Source: Candidatus Eiseniibacteriota bacterium
Lineage (GTDB): Bacteria; Eisenbacteria; RBG-16-71-46
Length of the DNA stretch: 64,000 nucleotides
Assembly (NCBI GenBank): GCA_963776245.1
Contig: CAVZLN010000003.1
Coordinates: 896,001 to 960,000, forward strand
Reading direction: 5' to 3'
The translations under genes and the position numbers were made by a program. Position 1 is the first letter of the stretch. Every line of letters begins with the position of its first letter. The notes under the pieces were generated by a model. The model was not told the origin of the DNA, searched no databases, and saw only the letters and a list, made by a program, of their open reading frames with translations. Positions 38,745 to 50,588 of this stretch are shown piece after piece.

Positions 38745-39452
38745 TTACCGGCTGGCGTGACGGCCGCGCACCATCGTGAAGCGCAGCCCCAGCGAGGCCG
38801 ACATCGAGCGGCCCAGCCAGCGGTAGTCCGTTCTCAAGGGCGGCATCAGCGCGTGCGCGTCGTAGAACGACTCCGACACCTGCGCGCACAGCGTCACGCG
38901 CCGCCCCAGCGGCGCGAGGGCGCCGAGGCGCGCGAAGCCACCGGTCATGAAGTTCCTCGGGCCTCTGCCGTTGATGACCTCCTGCGGGCCCGGCCTCAGG
39001 ACCCACGAGCCGTCGTCCCGGACCCACGAGCGGGCCTCACCGTATTCGACGCCCGCACCTGCGAAGGCCGCGCCGCTCACGCCCAGTGGGAACAGCCGGT
39101 CGACTCCGAGCCGCGTGTCCCAGGACACGTCCTCGAGCGTCCCGGAGATGTTGTAGGTCCGTTGCGTCCAGTGCAGCCACGTGCCGCCGAAGTGCCCGGA
39201 GATCCCCACCGTCCAGTGGGGCGTGACCAGATGATCGAGCGAGAAGCGCACGCCGACGTCGCCCCGCGCGCCCGGGCGCGCGTCCCCCGCGCTCATGGTG
39301 TCGAACGTGCGCTGCTGGATCTCAGCCCCGAGCATCCAAGCGCCGCCTCCCGGGCGCTCGGCGGCAGGGCTCGCTGACACGAAGCCGGTCAGGCCGAGGA
39401 CGACGAGCCAGACGCCGACGCAACGCCCGGTCCAGTTGGGGACATCCATCAT
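38745..39452 (-). CDS. Hypothetical exported protein, probable outer-membrane beta-barrel
   Basis: GAGGAGG RBS, signal peptide, alternating amphipathic strands ending ASLGLRF. Confidence 0.6.
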   Translation of the reverse strand: MMDVPNWTGRCVGVWLVVLGLTGFVSASPAAERPGGGAWMLGAEIQQRTFDTMSAGDARPGARGDVGVRFSLDHLVTPHWTVGISGHFGGTWLHWTQRTYNISGTLEDVSWDTRLGVDRLFPLGVSGAAFAGAGVEYGEARSWVRDDGSWVLRPGPQEVINGRGPRNFMTGGFARLGALAPLGRRVTLCAQVSESFYDAHALMPPLRTDYRWLGRSMSASLGLRFTMVRGRHASR

Positions 39453-39505
39453 GTTCGGTCCTCCTCTGTCTCCTCCGCGGTGCCGTGGCTCGTGGCAGCC
39501 CGCGC

Positions 39506-40195
39506 TCACACGATCCGTTGCGCGCGCAGCGCCGCGGGAGATCCATCCGCGCGCAGCGGCGGGCCCGGCTGCCAGGCGAACGCCGCGGCATCCTGGCCGT
39601 CGCCGATGCGCGCGTGCCATGCGGCCCCGCCCTCATTCACGCGCACGATCACGTCCGCGGACTGCTCGCTCGCCAACGCCTCCTCGATCGGGCAGCCGGC
39701 GAGCCAGTGGAGCAGCGTGCGGTTGACCGACTGGTGGGCGACGATCGCGGTGGGCGGGGTGGTGCACAGCGGCCCGTCCGCGGCGAGCGCCGCCTGGACC
39801 CGCGCCAGCACGTCGGCGTAGCTCTCGCCGCCGGGCCAGCGGTGGCCCCAGCGGTCGCGCGCGCGCGCCTCGAGCAGGCCGGGGAAGCGCGCCGCCACCT
39901 CGTCGAGCGTGAGCCCGGCGCAATCGCCGAACGACATCTCGGCAAGGCCGTCCCGCATCGCCAGCGGCAATCCGGTGGCGGCGGCCACGCGCCCCGCGGT
40001 GATCCGCGCGCGGCCGATCGGGCTGGCGAGCACACGGGCGACGCCGAGCGCGGCGGCGGCGCGCGCGAGCGCGTCGGCCTGCGCCAGGCCGCGCTCGGTC
40101 AACGGCGAGTCCTCGCGGCCCTGCAGCCGGCCGGCGCGGTTCCACTCGGTCTCACCATGGCGCAGGAGCAGCACGTGCGCCGGCAGGTTCCCCAC
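39506..40195 (-). CDS. Histidine phosphatase family protein
   Basis: LLRHGETEWN, SPIGRA, LAEMSFG, PGGES, VAH; GTG start after AAGGA. Confidence 0.9.
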   Translation of the reverse strand: MGNLPAHVLLLRHGETEWNRAGRLQGREDSPLTERGLAQADALARAAAALGVARVLASPIGRARITAGRVAAATGLPLAMRDGLAEMSFGDCAGLTLDEVAARFPGLLEARARDRWGHRWPGGESYADVLARVQAALAADGPLCTTPPTAIVAHQSVNRTLLHWLAGCPIEEALASEQSADVIVRVNEGGAAWHARIGDGQDAAAFAWQPGPPLRADGSPAALRAQRIV

Positions 40196-40428
40196 CTGGT
40201 CCTTTCCACCGCGCCGCGGCCGGCGCGAGACCCGGCGGCCTCCCCGGCGAGCGGCGCCGGGAGGCACTTCCGGGAGGTTCTCTCTCGGCGCGAAGGTAGG
40301 CCGGGCGACCGTCGCGCCACAAGCCGAGCGCCTCGCGCGCGGTGCCGGCCCGTGGTTGCCACACCCGCGAGGGTGCACTACGGTTCGCGCCAGATCGTCG
40401 TCGTCCCCCTCGATCCTTGGAGCCCGCC

Positions 40429-41685
40429 ATGCCGGAGACCGTCCCCGTGAAGACCAGCGTCCTCGAGCGCTTCCTGCGCTACGTCACCGTCGACACCCAG
40501 TCGTGCGAGGACTCCACGACCTATCCCAGCACGCTCAAACAGCTCGTGCTGCTCGACCAGATCGTCGAGGAACTGCGCGCCATCGGGCTCAAGGACGCGG
40601 CGCGGGACGAGCACGGCTACGTGTTCGCCACCATCCCGGCGACCACCACCAAGAAAGACGTGCCGGTGATCGGGTTCATCTCCCACGTGGACACCTCGCC
40701 CGAGGCCTCGGGCACCGGCGTGAAGCCGATCGTGCACGCGAACTGGCAGGGCCAGGATCTGGCGCTGCCCGACGATCCCACCGCGGTGCTGCGCCCGAGC
40801 GAGAACCGCGAGATGCTCGAGCTCCGCGGACACGATCTCATCACCTCCTCGGGCAGCACGCTGCTCGGCGCCGATGACAAGGCGGGATGCGCCGAGATGG
40901 TCGCGGCGGCCGAGTTCCTGATCCAGCACCCCGAGATCCCGCACGGCGCGATCCGGCTGGGGTTCACGCCCGACGAGGAGGTGGGCGCGGGCACCCGGTA
41001 CTTCGACGTGAAGCGCTTCGGTGCGGTGTGCGCGTACACCATGGACGGCGAGTCCCGCGGCCAGATGGACATCGAGACGTTCTCGGCCGACTCGATGACC
41101 ATCACCTTCCAGGGGTTCAACACCCACCCGGGCTTCGCCAAGGGCAAGATGATCAACGCGATCAAGCTGGCGGCCGACTTCATCGGGCGCCTGCCCCAAG
41201 ACCGGCTCTCGCCCGAGACCACCGCGCAGCGCGAGGGCTACGTGCACCCCTACGTGGTCGACGCCTCGGTCGAGCGCACCTCGGTGAAGCTCCTGATCCG
41301 CGACTTCTCGACGCCCCTTCTCAAGGAGAAGGAGGACTTCCTCGAGGCGCTGGCGCGGGCGACGGTGAACGCGTGGCCGGGCGCGTCGGTCACGGTGAAG
41401 GTGGATGAGTCCTACCGCAACATGAAGGAGGTGCTCGACCGTCAGCCGCACATCGCCGAGCACGCGCGCGAGGCCATCCGCCGCGCCGGGCTCGAGGTGC
41501 GCGAATCCGCCATCCGCGGCGGCACCGACGGTTCGCGGCTCTCGTTCATGGGGCTGCCGACCCCCAACGTGTTCGCGGGCGGGCACAACTTCCACTCGCG
41601 GCTCGAGTGGGTGTCGGCCCAGGACATGGAGAAGGCGGTCGAGGTGATCGTGAACATCGCGCGGATCTGGGAGGAGAAGGCGTAG
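40429..41685 (+). CDS. pepT: Peptidase T (M20B)
   Basis: ERFLRYV, HVDTS, LGADDKAG, PDEEVG, IRGGTDG, HNFHS. Confidence 0.95.
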   Translation: MPETVPVKTSVLERFLRYVTVDTQSCEDSTTYPSTLKQLVLLDQIVEELRAIGLKDAARDEHGYVFATIPATTTKKDVPVIGFISHVDTSPEASGTGVKPIVHANWQGQDLALPDDPTAVLRPSENREMLELRGHDLITSSGSTLLGADDKAGCAEMVAAAEFLIQHPEIPHGAIRLGFTPDEEVGAGTRYFDVKRFGAVCAYTMDGESRGQMDIETFSADSMTITFQGFNTHPGFAKGKMINAIKLAADFIGRLPQDRLSPETTAQREGYVHPYVVDASVERTSVKLLIRDFSTPLLKEKEDFLEALARATVNAWPGASVTVKVDESYRNMKEVLDRQPHIAEHAREAIRRAGLEVRESAIRGGTDGSRLSFMGLPTPNVFAGGHNFHSRLEWVSAQDMEKAVEVIVNIARIWEEKA

Positions 41686-41859
41686 CGTCGCTGCGCGGCG
41701 CCCCGGATTGGACGAGGGCGGCGGGCGAGGCTACCCTCGCGCGCGTTCTCGAGGCACCCACGGGAGGTTCGGGAGACCGCTTCGCGCACACGGCGCGCAC
41801 GGGGCGGCGGGTGGTAGCGCGGGCCCCTCGCGCGAGTTCAGCGCCGCTGGGAGGTGGGC

Positions 41860-42273
41860 ATGGCATTCCGCATCCGTCGCGTGGACTACTTCTACGCCAA
41901 TATCGTGGACCAGCCGGGCGAGGCGTACCATCTGCTCCACTCGCTCGCCGGCCTGGGGGTGAACCTGCACGCGGTGATGGGCGTGCCGATCGGTCCCGAC
42001 CGCACGCAGATGACCCTGTTCCCCGAGGACAAGGGCAAGCTCACCGAGGCCGCGCGCCACGCGGGGCTGACGCTCGACGGACCGCACTCCGCGTTCCTCG
42101 CGCAGGGCGACGACGAGCTGGGAGCGCTCGCGGCGGTGCACGTGCGGCTCGCCGAGGCCAAGGTCAACGTGTTCGCCTCGACCGGCGTGGCCGACGGCAA
42201 GGGCGCCTACGGATACGTCATCTACGTGCGGCCCGAGGAGTACGAGCACGCGGCGAAGGTGCTCGGGATCTGA
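41860..42273 (+). CDS. ACT-domain (tandem) protein
   Basis: DQPG..L..LA..GVNL and DELG..V..LA.AKVNV repeats; GGAGG RBS. Confidence 0.7.
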   Translation: MAFRIRRVDYFYANIVDQPGEAYHLLHSLAGLGVNLHAVMGVPIGPDRTQMTLFPEDKGKLTEAARHAGLTLDGPHSAFLAQGDDELGALAAVHVRLAEAKVNVFASTGVADGKGAYGYVIYVRPEEYEHAAKVLGI

Positions 42274-42298
42274 GCGCGGCGCATCCGCGCGGCAGGCC

Positions 42299-42342
42299 GA
42301 CGCCCCGACGGGAGACCGCCGGGGCGTCGCCGTCTCCCGTCG
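42299..42342. terminator. Hairpin(s) between convergent genes
   Basis: CGACGGGAGAC (42306-42316) pairs with GTCTCCCGTCG (42332-42342); alternative GACGCCCCG/CGGGGCGTC pairing. Confidence 0.45.
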
Positions 42343-42387
42343 CGAGCTTGATCCGCCTCGCGCACGCCGCCGCGGGAGGGCCTGGAC

Positions 42388-42873
42388 TCAACGCCGCAGG
42401 TAGGTGTTGACCGAGGTCGACCGCGGGGTGTGGCCTTCCCACTCGACGGTGACGACCACCTTCTTCAGATGGCCGAGCGGGGGCGCCAGCCGCGTGACGA
42501 CGTAGTGGCGGTGCCAGCGCGAGGAGACGCCGAGGCTCTCGCTGCCTTCACCCGCGGGATGCCGGCCCACGTCCAGCGCCGGGTCGTTCCACGGCAGCGC
42601 GCTCAGCCGATCGACCTTCTCCTGGGCGTAGAAGATGGCGGTCGCGCGCACGCGCTCCGGCTCCGTGATGGAGGTGTCGGGAGGGAAGAGACGCGTCACC
42701 GCCAGCACTCCGACCGCCAGCAGCACGAGCGCGATGAGCAGCTCGACGAGCCCCATCCCACGCGCGTCTCGCGCCGCGCGCGACGCGGCGGGCGCCCCGC
42801 GACCCCGGTGCCCCACCGCGGCGATGGACGGCGAGTCGTTCCGGTGTGCCTCACCGCGAGTCGGACCAGCCAT
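42388..42873 (-). CDS. Prepilin-type N-terminal cleavage protein (PilV/GspI-like minor pilin)
   Basis: ARG|MGLVELLIALVLLAVGVLA (G-1, E+5), AQEKVD.L, KKVVVTVEW. Confidence 0.8.
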   Translation of the reverse strand: MAGPTRGEAHRNDSPSIAAVGHRGRGAPAASRAARDARGMGLVELLIALVLLAVGVLAVTRLFPPDTSITEPERVRATAIFYAQEKVDRLSALPWNDPALDVGRHPAGEGSESLGVSSRWHRHYVVTRLAPPLGHLKKVVVTVEWEGHTPRSTSVNTYLRR

Positions 42874-43109
42874 GGCGGTCTCCCCCTCGATGCCGGACGG
42901 ATGGACCGGCGCGCGGACGGCCGCGACCGCGTGCCCGTGGATATCGGATTCTTCGGCAGGATCCGCGAGCCGCATGAGAGCTCTCTCCAAGCGGCCAGCG
43001 AGCTTCCCGAAGTCCCTCCTGGGACCCGTGTTCCGGCGCGCCACCGGCACGGCTATGCTGCGCGGATGCGACCCGTGCTCCCCAAGTCCCATCCGACCGT
43101 GCGCCGCGC

Positions 43110-44006
43110 ATGAGATACGCGGGCGAGATGGCGGCGCTCGGCACCGCGGTGTGCTGGGCGGCCGGATCCAACCTGTTCGCCGCCGCCGGGCAGCGCATGG
43201 GCTCGGTGGTGCTCAACCGGCTGCGCATCACCACCGCCGCCGTCTTCCTCGGCACCGCGCTGCTGGTCACGCGCGGCACGCCGTGGCCGGTGTGGGCGAC
43301 CTCGATGCAGATCGGGATCCTCGCACTCTCGGGGCTGGTGGGGTTCGTGTTCGGCGACACCGGGTACTTCCGCGCGCTCGTCATCCTCGGGCCGGCGCGC
43401 GCCGCGCTGCTCGCCTCGCTGGCGCCGCTGTTCACCGCGCTGCTCGCCTGGCCGCTGCTCGGCGAGCACCCGGGCCCGCTCGCGCTGCTGGGCATGGCGC
43501 TCACCGTGGGCGGGGTGGCGATGGTGCTGTGGGAGCACGAGCGGCGGGAGCACGCCCATGTCGAGGGCTCGGTGCTGGTGGGCGTGATCGCCGGCGTGCT
43601 GGGCGCCATCGGGCAGGCGGGCGGGTACGTGCTGTCGAAGCTGGCGCTCGACTCGGGGATCGATCCGCTCTCGGCCACCGTCATCCGCGTGGTCGCGGCG
43701 GTGGTCGGCGTGTGGGCGCTGGCGGTGGCCCAACGCGACGTGCGCCGCTCGGTCGCCGCACTCGGCGACCGCGGTGCCGCTGGCTTCATGGTGGGCGGCG
43801 CGTTCTTCGGGCCGTTCATGGGGGTGACGCTCTCGCTCGCCGCGCTCCACTACATCGAGGCCGGCGTGGCGGCGTCTATCACGGCGTTCTACCCGGTGCT
43901 CACCCTGTTCATCTCGTCGCGCTTCCATGGCGAACGCATCACCGCGCGCTTCCTGCTCGGCGCGCTGGTGGCGGCGGCGGGGGTGGTGGTGCTGTTCCTG
44001 CGCTAA
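43110..44006 (+). CDS. DMT/EamA family transporter
   Basis: Ten TMs in two EamA repeats; GFVFGD, LGE, YPV. Confidence 0.9.
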   Translation: MRYAGEMAALGTAVCWAAGSNLFAAAGQRMGSVVLNRLRITTAAVFLGTALLVTRGTPWPVWATSMQIGILALSGLVGFVFGDTGYFRALVILGPARAALLASLAPLFTALLAWPLLGEHPGPLALLGMALTVGGVAMVLWEHERREHAHVEGSVLVGVIAGVLGAIGQAGGYVLSKLALDSGIDPLSATVIRVVAAVVGVWALAVAQRDVRRSVAALGDRGAAGFMVGGAFFGPFMGVTLSLAALHYIEAGVAASITAFYPVLTLFISSRFHGERITARFLLGALVAAAGVVVLFLR

Positions 44007-44160
44007 GACAGCGCGGGTCGGGCGCGGGGACCGCAGTGACGGGTCCGCCGAACGGCCGGGGGCGCGCGGCCCGCAGTTCATGATGGAGCGCGCAGCCCGC
44101 CGCGCGCTAGACTCGCCCGCGCCATCGGCCCGCGGGCCGAGCGCCCCACCGGAGGCCCAC

Positions 44161-46119
<1,959 letters not shown>

Positions 46120-46169
46120 TCGTGCCGCCCCGTTCCACCACTCCCTCTCACCGTTTCCCGGAGGCGTCG

Positions 46170-49031
46170 ATGATCCGCCGTGCCCTGGTCCTGGCCCTCG
46201 GGCTGTCGTTGGTGCCGTCGCTCGTCCCGGTGGCGCGTGCCGCCGACCCCGCGGCCGCCGCGCCCGCCTTCGCGCTCGCCGATTCGCTGCGGCTCGACCC
46301 GGCGGTGCGGACCGGCGTGCTCCCGAACGGGCTCCGCTACTTCATCCGCCACAACGGCAGGCCCGAGGCGCGCGTGTCGCTGCGGCTCGCGCTCGCCGCC
46401 GGGTCCACCGCCGAGGCCGACGACCAGCGCGGGTTCGCGCACTTCTGCGAGCACATGAACTTCAACGGCTCGACCCACTTCAAGCCCGAGGAGATGGTGG
46501 CCTACCTGCAGTCGATCGGCATGCGCTTCGGCTCCGACGCGAACGCGTACACCTCGTTCGACCAGACGATCTACATGCTCGAGGTGCCGACCGACCGCGA
46601 CACCCTGCTCGACCGCGGGCTGCTGGCGCTCGCCGACTTCGCGGGCGGGGCCACGCTGAGCGACGCCGAGATCCAGCAGGAGCGCGGCGTGGTGCTCGAG
46701 GAGTGGCGCCTCGGGCGCGGCGCGACCGACCGCATGCAGCGCCAGCAGCTCCCGATCGTGTACCGCGGCTCGCGCTACGCCGAGCGCCTCCCGATCGGGA
46801 AGCCCGAGATCATCGAGAAGGGATCGGCCGATCGCGTGCGCGCGTTCTACCACGACTGGTACACGCCCGACCGCATGGCGGTGATCGCGGTGGGGGACAT
46901 CGACCCGGCGCGCATGGACAGCCTGGTCCGGGTGCACTTCGGCCCGCTCCAGCGGCCCGCGCAGGCGCTCGTCGCGCCGGTGTCCGACCTGCCCGCGCAC
47001 GATTCCACGCTGTTCGCGATCGCCACCGACAAGGAGGCCGCTGGCACCCAGGTCGGACTGTTCTACAAGCACCCGCGTCGCCCGTTCGGCACCATCGGGG
47101 ACTTCCGTGCCGACATGGTGCACGGGCTGTTCCTCGCGATGTTCAACCAGCGCTTCACCGAGATCGCGCATCGCGCGGACGCGCCGTTCCTGAACGCCAG
47201 CACGTTCGCGTTCCCGTTCGGCCAGGTCTCGGAGATCGCGGGCGCGTTCGCGAGCGTCGCGGACGGCGGGAGCGAGAAGGGGCTCGCCGCTCTGCTCCAG
47301 GAGATCGAGCGCGTGAGGCGCCACGGCTTCCTCGCCATCGAGCTCCAGCGGGCGAAGGACCAGTCGCGCTCGCGCATGGAGCGCGCGTACGCCGAGCGCG
47401 ACAAGTCCGAGAGCGAGGGCTTCGCCTCCGAGTACGTGCAGTACGCGCTCACCGGCGAGCCCGCGCCCGGCATCGAGGTGGAGCACCGGCTGGCCGGCGC
47501 GCTGCTCGACGGGATCACGCTGGCGGAGGTGAACGCCGTCGCGACGCGGCTCTACCACGAGCACAGCCGCGTGGTGATCGCGTCCGCGCCCGAGAAGGCC
47601 GGCAGCACGCCGCCGAGCGAGCCCGCGCTGCGCGCGGTGCTGGCCGCCGCCACCCAGGTGGTCCCCGGCCCGTGGGAGGACCGCGGGGCCGGCCGGCCGC
47701 TGATGGCGCAGCAGCCGAGGCCGGGCACCGTGAAGTCCCGCCGCAGCATCGACGCGCTCGGCGTGACCGTGCTGAGGTTCTCGAACGGCGTCGAGGTGTG
47801 GCTCAAGCCCACGGACTTCAAGGCCGACGAGATCGTGCTCGCCTCGTACGCGCTGGGCGGGCTGTCGGTCGCCGACACCGCGCGCTACAGCGACCTGGTG
47901 TGGACCAGCACGGTCGTCAACGACGCCGGAGTGGGCGGGTTCACCAGCACCGAGCTGCAGAAGCTGCTGGCCGGGCGGATCGTGCAGACCAGCACGTTCA
48001 TCGGCGGCTACACCCACGGCATCCGGGCCAGCACGCGGCCCGCCGACCTCGAGACCGCGCTCCAGCTCGTGCACCTCACGTTCACCCGGCCCACCGAGGA
48101 CCCGGCCGCGTTCGCGGCGCTCCAGAAGCGCCTGCTCAACTACATGATCGACCGCCGGAACACCCCCGAGCAGGCGTTCGCGGACACCGCGGCGGTGGTG
48201 AACTCGGGCCGGTTCTACATGAACCTGCCGGGCACCCCCGAAGGGGTGGAGCACGCGACCCTCGGCCCGATGCTCGCCTACCATCGCGAGCGCTTCGCGA
48301 ACGCGGCGGACTTCACGTTCTTCATGGCGGGCGCGTTCCAGGTGGACTCGGTGGCGCCGCTGCTCGCGCGCTATCTCGGCTCGCTGCCCTCGAAGGGCAG
48401 GCGCACGTCGGCGTTCGTGGCGCGCGGCCCGCGCTATCCGTACGGCGTGCGCACGGTGATCGTGCGCAAGGGGGTCGAGCCCAAGGCGAGCGTGCGCATC
48501 ACGTTCTTCGCCAACACCCCGATCGAGGAGCTCGACCAGCACCGCGCCCGCGCTCTCTCGTCCATCCTGACCGACCGGCTGCGCGAGTCGCTGCGCGAGC
48601 TGATGAGCGGCACGTACAGCGCCTCGGCGTCGTTCGGCTCGCTGTCGCCCCTGCCGGGCTACGCCACGATGTCGGTCGCGTTCGGGTGCGCGCCCGGACG
48701 CGTGGACTCGCTGGTGGCGGCCACGCTCGCCGAGGTCCGCCGCCTGCGCGAGGAAGGACCGACGCCCTCCGACGTGCAGAAGGACCAGGAGATCGAGCGG
48801 CGCGAACTGGAGGTCTCGATGAAGCAGAACGGGTACTGGACCGCGAGCCTCCAGACCACCCACATGCTGGGCTGGGACCCGCTGCGCATCACGCGGCGCC
48901 GCGAGCGCATCGACCTGCTGACGCCGGACAATCTGCGCGAGTCCGCGCGCCGCTACCTGCCGCTCGACCGCTACACGGTCGTCATCCTGCTGCCCGAGGA
49001 GGGCGCGGGCGCCGGCGCGGCCAAGCCCTGA
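46170..49031 (+). CDS. M16 family zinc peptidase (PqqL-like), exported
   Basis: Signal peptide, LPNGLRY, HFCEH (HxxEH), NAYTSFD, ERGVVLEE, FSNGV. Confidence 0.92.
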   Translation: MIRRALVLALGLSLVPSLVPVARAADPAAAAPAFALADSLRLDPAVRTGVLPNGLRYFIRHNGRPEARVSLRLALAAGSTAEADDQRGFAHFCEHMNFNGSTHFKPEEMVAYLQSIGMRFGSDANAYTSFDQTIYMLEVPTDRDTLLDRGLLALADFAGGATLSDAEIQQERGVVLEEWRLGRGATDRMQRQQLPIVYRGSRYAERLPIGKPEIIEKGSADRVRAFYHDWYTPDRMAVIAVGDIDPARMDSLVRVHFGPLQRPAQALVAPVSDLPAHDSTLFAIATDKEAAGTQVGLFYKHPRRPFGTIGDFRADMVHGLFLAMFNQRFTEIAHRADAPFLNASTFAFPFGQVSEIAGAFASVADGGSEKGLAALLQEIERVRRHGFLAIELQRAKDQSRSRMERAYAERDKSESEGFASEYVQYALTGEPAPGIEVEHRLAGALLDGITLAEVNAVATRLYHEHSRVVIASAPEKAGSTPPSEPALRAVLAAATQVVPGPWEDRGAGRPLMAQQPRPGTVKSRRSIDALGVTVLRFSNGVEVWLKPTDFKADEIVLASYALGGLSVADTARYSDLVWTSTVVNDAGVGGFTSTELQKLLAGRIVQTSTFIGGYTHGIRASTRPADLETALQLVHLTFTRPTEDPAAFAALQKRLLNYMIDRRNTPEQAFADTAAVVNSGRFYMNLPGTPEGVEHATLGPMLAYHRERFANAADFTFFMAGAFQVDSVAPLLARYLGSLPSKGRRTSAFVARGPRYPYGVRTVIVRKGVEPKASVRITFFANTPIEELDQHRARALSSILTDRLRESLRELMSGTYSASASFGSLSPLPGYATMSVAFGCAPGRVDSLVAATLAEVRRLREEGPTPSDVQKDQEIERRELEVSMKQNGYWTASLQTTHMLGWDPLRITRRRERIDLLTPDNLRESARRYLPLDRYTVVILLPEEGAGAGAAKP

Positions 49032-49204
49032 GACCCGCGGGCGCGCGGCGGCGGGCCTGCCGCCGCGCGCCCGGCGGGGGCGGCCGCGGGCGGCGCCCGT
49101 CCCCGCGTCCCGTTGTCTCCCTTCAGGTTCTGGCGCGCCTGCCGATACCCAGTCGGGCGACGACGTGCCGGTTCATCGCATGCCACGAGGGAGCGCGGCC
49201 GCGG

Positions 49205-50314
49205 ATGTCCATCCCGACGATCAGGAAGATCGCGATCAGCACCGGGGGCGGGGACGCCCCCGGGCTGAACGCCGTGATCCGCGCCGTGGTGCTGGCGTCG
49301 ATCCAGCGCGGCTGGGAGTGCTTCGGCATCCGCGAGGGGTACAACGGGCTGCTCAACCCCGAGCTCTACCCGCACGGCGGGGTGGTCCCGCTCACGCGTG
49401 AGTCGGTCTCGGGCATCACCCACCTCGGCGGCACCATCCTCGGCACCACCAATCGCGGCAACCCGATCGAGTTCCCGGTGCAGCAGCCGGACGGCTCGTT
49501 CGTCGCGGTGGATCGCAGCGACGAACTGGTCGAACGCTTCCATGGGGCGGGGCTCGACGCGCTCATCACCGTGGGCGGCGACGGCTCGCTGTCGATCGGC
49601 CACGCGCTCTCGCGGAAGGGGCTGCGCGTCATCGGCGTGCCCAAGACCATCGACAACGATCTCGACCGCACGCTCATGACCTTCGGCTTCGACACCGCGG
49701 TGTCGTTCGCGACCGAGTGCCTGGACCGCCTGCACACCACGGCGACCTCGCACCGCCGCATCATGGTGGTGGAGGTGATGGGGCGCTACGCCGGCTGGAT
49801 CGCCCTGCACGCCGGCATCGCGGGGAACGCCGACGTCATCCTGATCCCCGAGATCCCCTACGACATCGACAAGGTCGCCGAGGTGATCCGCGCGCGCGAG
49901 CGCAACGGCCGCGGCTACACCGTGGTGGTGGTCGCCGAGGGCGCCCGGGCGGTCGGCGGCGACCACACGGTGCTGGGCAAGTCGGTGGGCCAGGCCGAAC
50001 GGCTCGGCGGGGTGGGCGGGAAGGTCGCCCACCAGCTCGAGGAGATGACCGGCAAGGAGGCCCGCACCGTGGTGCTCGGCCACCTGCTGCGGGGCGGCTC
50101 GCCGACCAGCTTCGACCGGCTGGTGGCGCTGCGTTTCGGCGCCGCGGCGGTGCGCGCGCTCGAGGAGGGCGAGTCGGCGGTGATGGTCTCGCTCCATCCG
50201 CCGACGGTGCGCTACGAGCCGCTCGCGGAAGTCGTGCGCCGCATCAAGACGGTGCCGCTCGAGAGCGACACGGTCGAGACCGCGCGCGACATCGGCATCC
50301 ACTTCGGCGATTGA
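49205..50314 (+). CDS. pfkA: 6-phosphofructokinase (PfkA family)
   Basis: TGGGDAPGLN, GGTILGT, GGDGS, PKTIDND, GFDTA, EVMGR, LGHLLRGG. Confidence 0.95.
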   Translation: MSIPTIRKIAISTGGGDAPGLNAVIRAVVLASIQRGWECFGIREGYNGLLNPELYPHGGVVPLTRESVSGITHLGGTILGTTNRGNPIEFPVQQPDGSFVAVDRSDELVERFHGAGLDALITVGGDGSLSIGHALSRKGLRVIGVPKTIDNDLDRTLMTFGFDTAVSFATECLDRLHTTATSHRRIMVVEVMGRYAGWIALHAGIAGNADVILIPEIPYDIDKVAEVIRARERNGRGYTVVVVAEGARAVGGDHTVLGKSVGQAERLGGVGGKVAHQLEEMTGKEARTVVLGHLLRGGSPTSFDRLVALRFGAAAVRALEEGESAVMVSLHPPTVRYEPLAEVVRRIKTVPLESDTVETARDIGIHFGD

Positions 50315-50588
50315 GCGGCACGCTCGCCCGCGGCCGGCGCTCGACCGCGTCCGCCGCCTCGCCGCGGCGCGGGGCCGCGGTCATTTTCCCGCTTGTCTCG
50401 GCGCGGCCTCCCGGACATCATCGGCGTCCTTCGGCGTGCCCCACACGAACGCCTCCGTGGCGGGCGAGCGCCCGCCGTGCTTCGGGATCTCATCCAGAGG
50501 ACGAACGACGCATGATCGGACACGGCCGGGCCGACGCGACCGGGGCGCGGGCCCGCAGGCTCGTCCGGCGGTGCCCCGGGCCGGCGCG

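Noticed and set aside
42880..43100. Possible c-di-GMP riboswitch or sigma54 promoter between the pilin and DMT genes
   Set aside because: No GGCAAA/GAAA tetraloop-receptor pattern, and the GG-GC spacing is 9 rather than 10 at the best GGCACG sites.
50480..50560. CTCATCCAGAGG resembling the start of a SAM-I riboswitch
   Set aside because: The downstream P2 kink-turn, GCAACC and GTGC elements are not recognisable, and the downstream gene is unrelated to Met/SAM.
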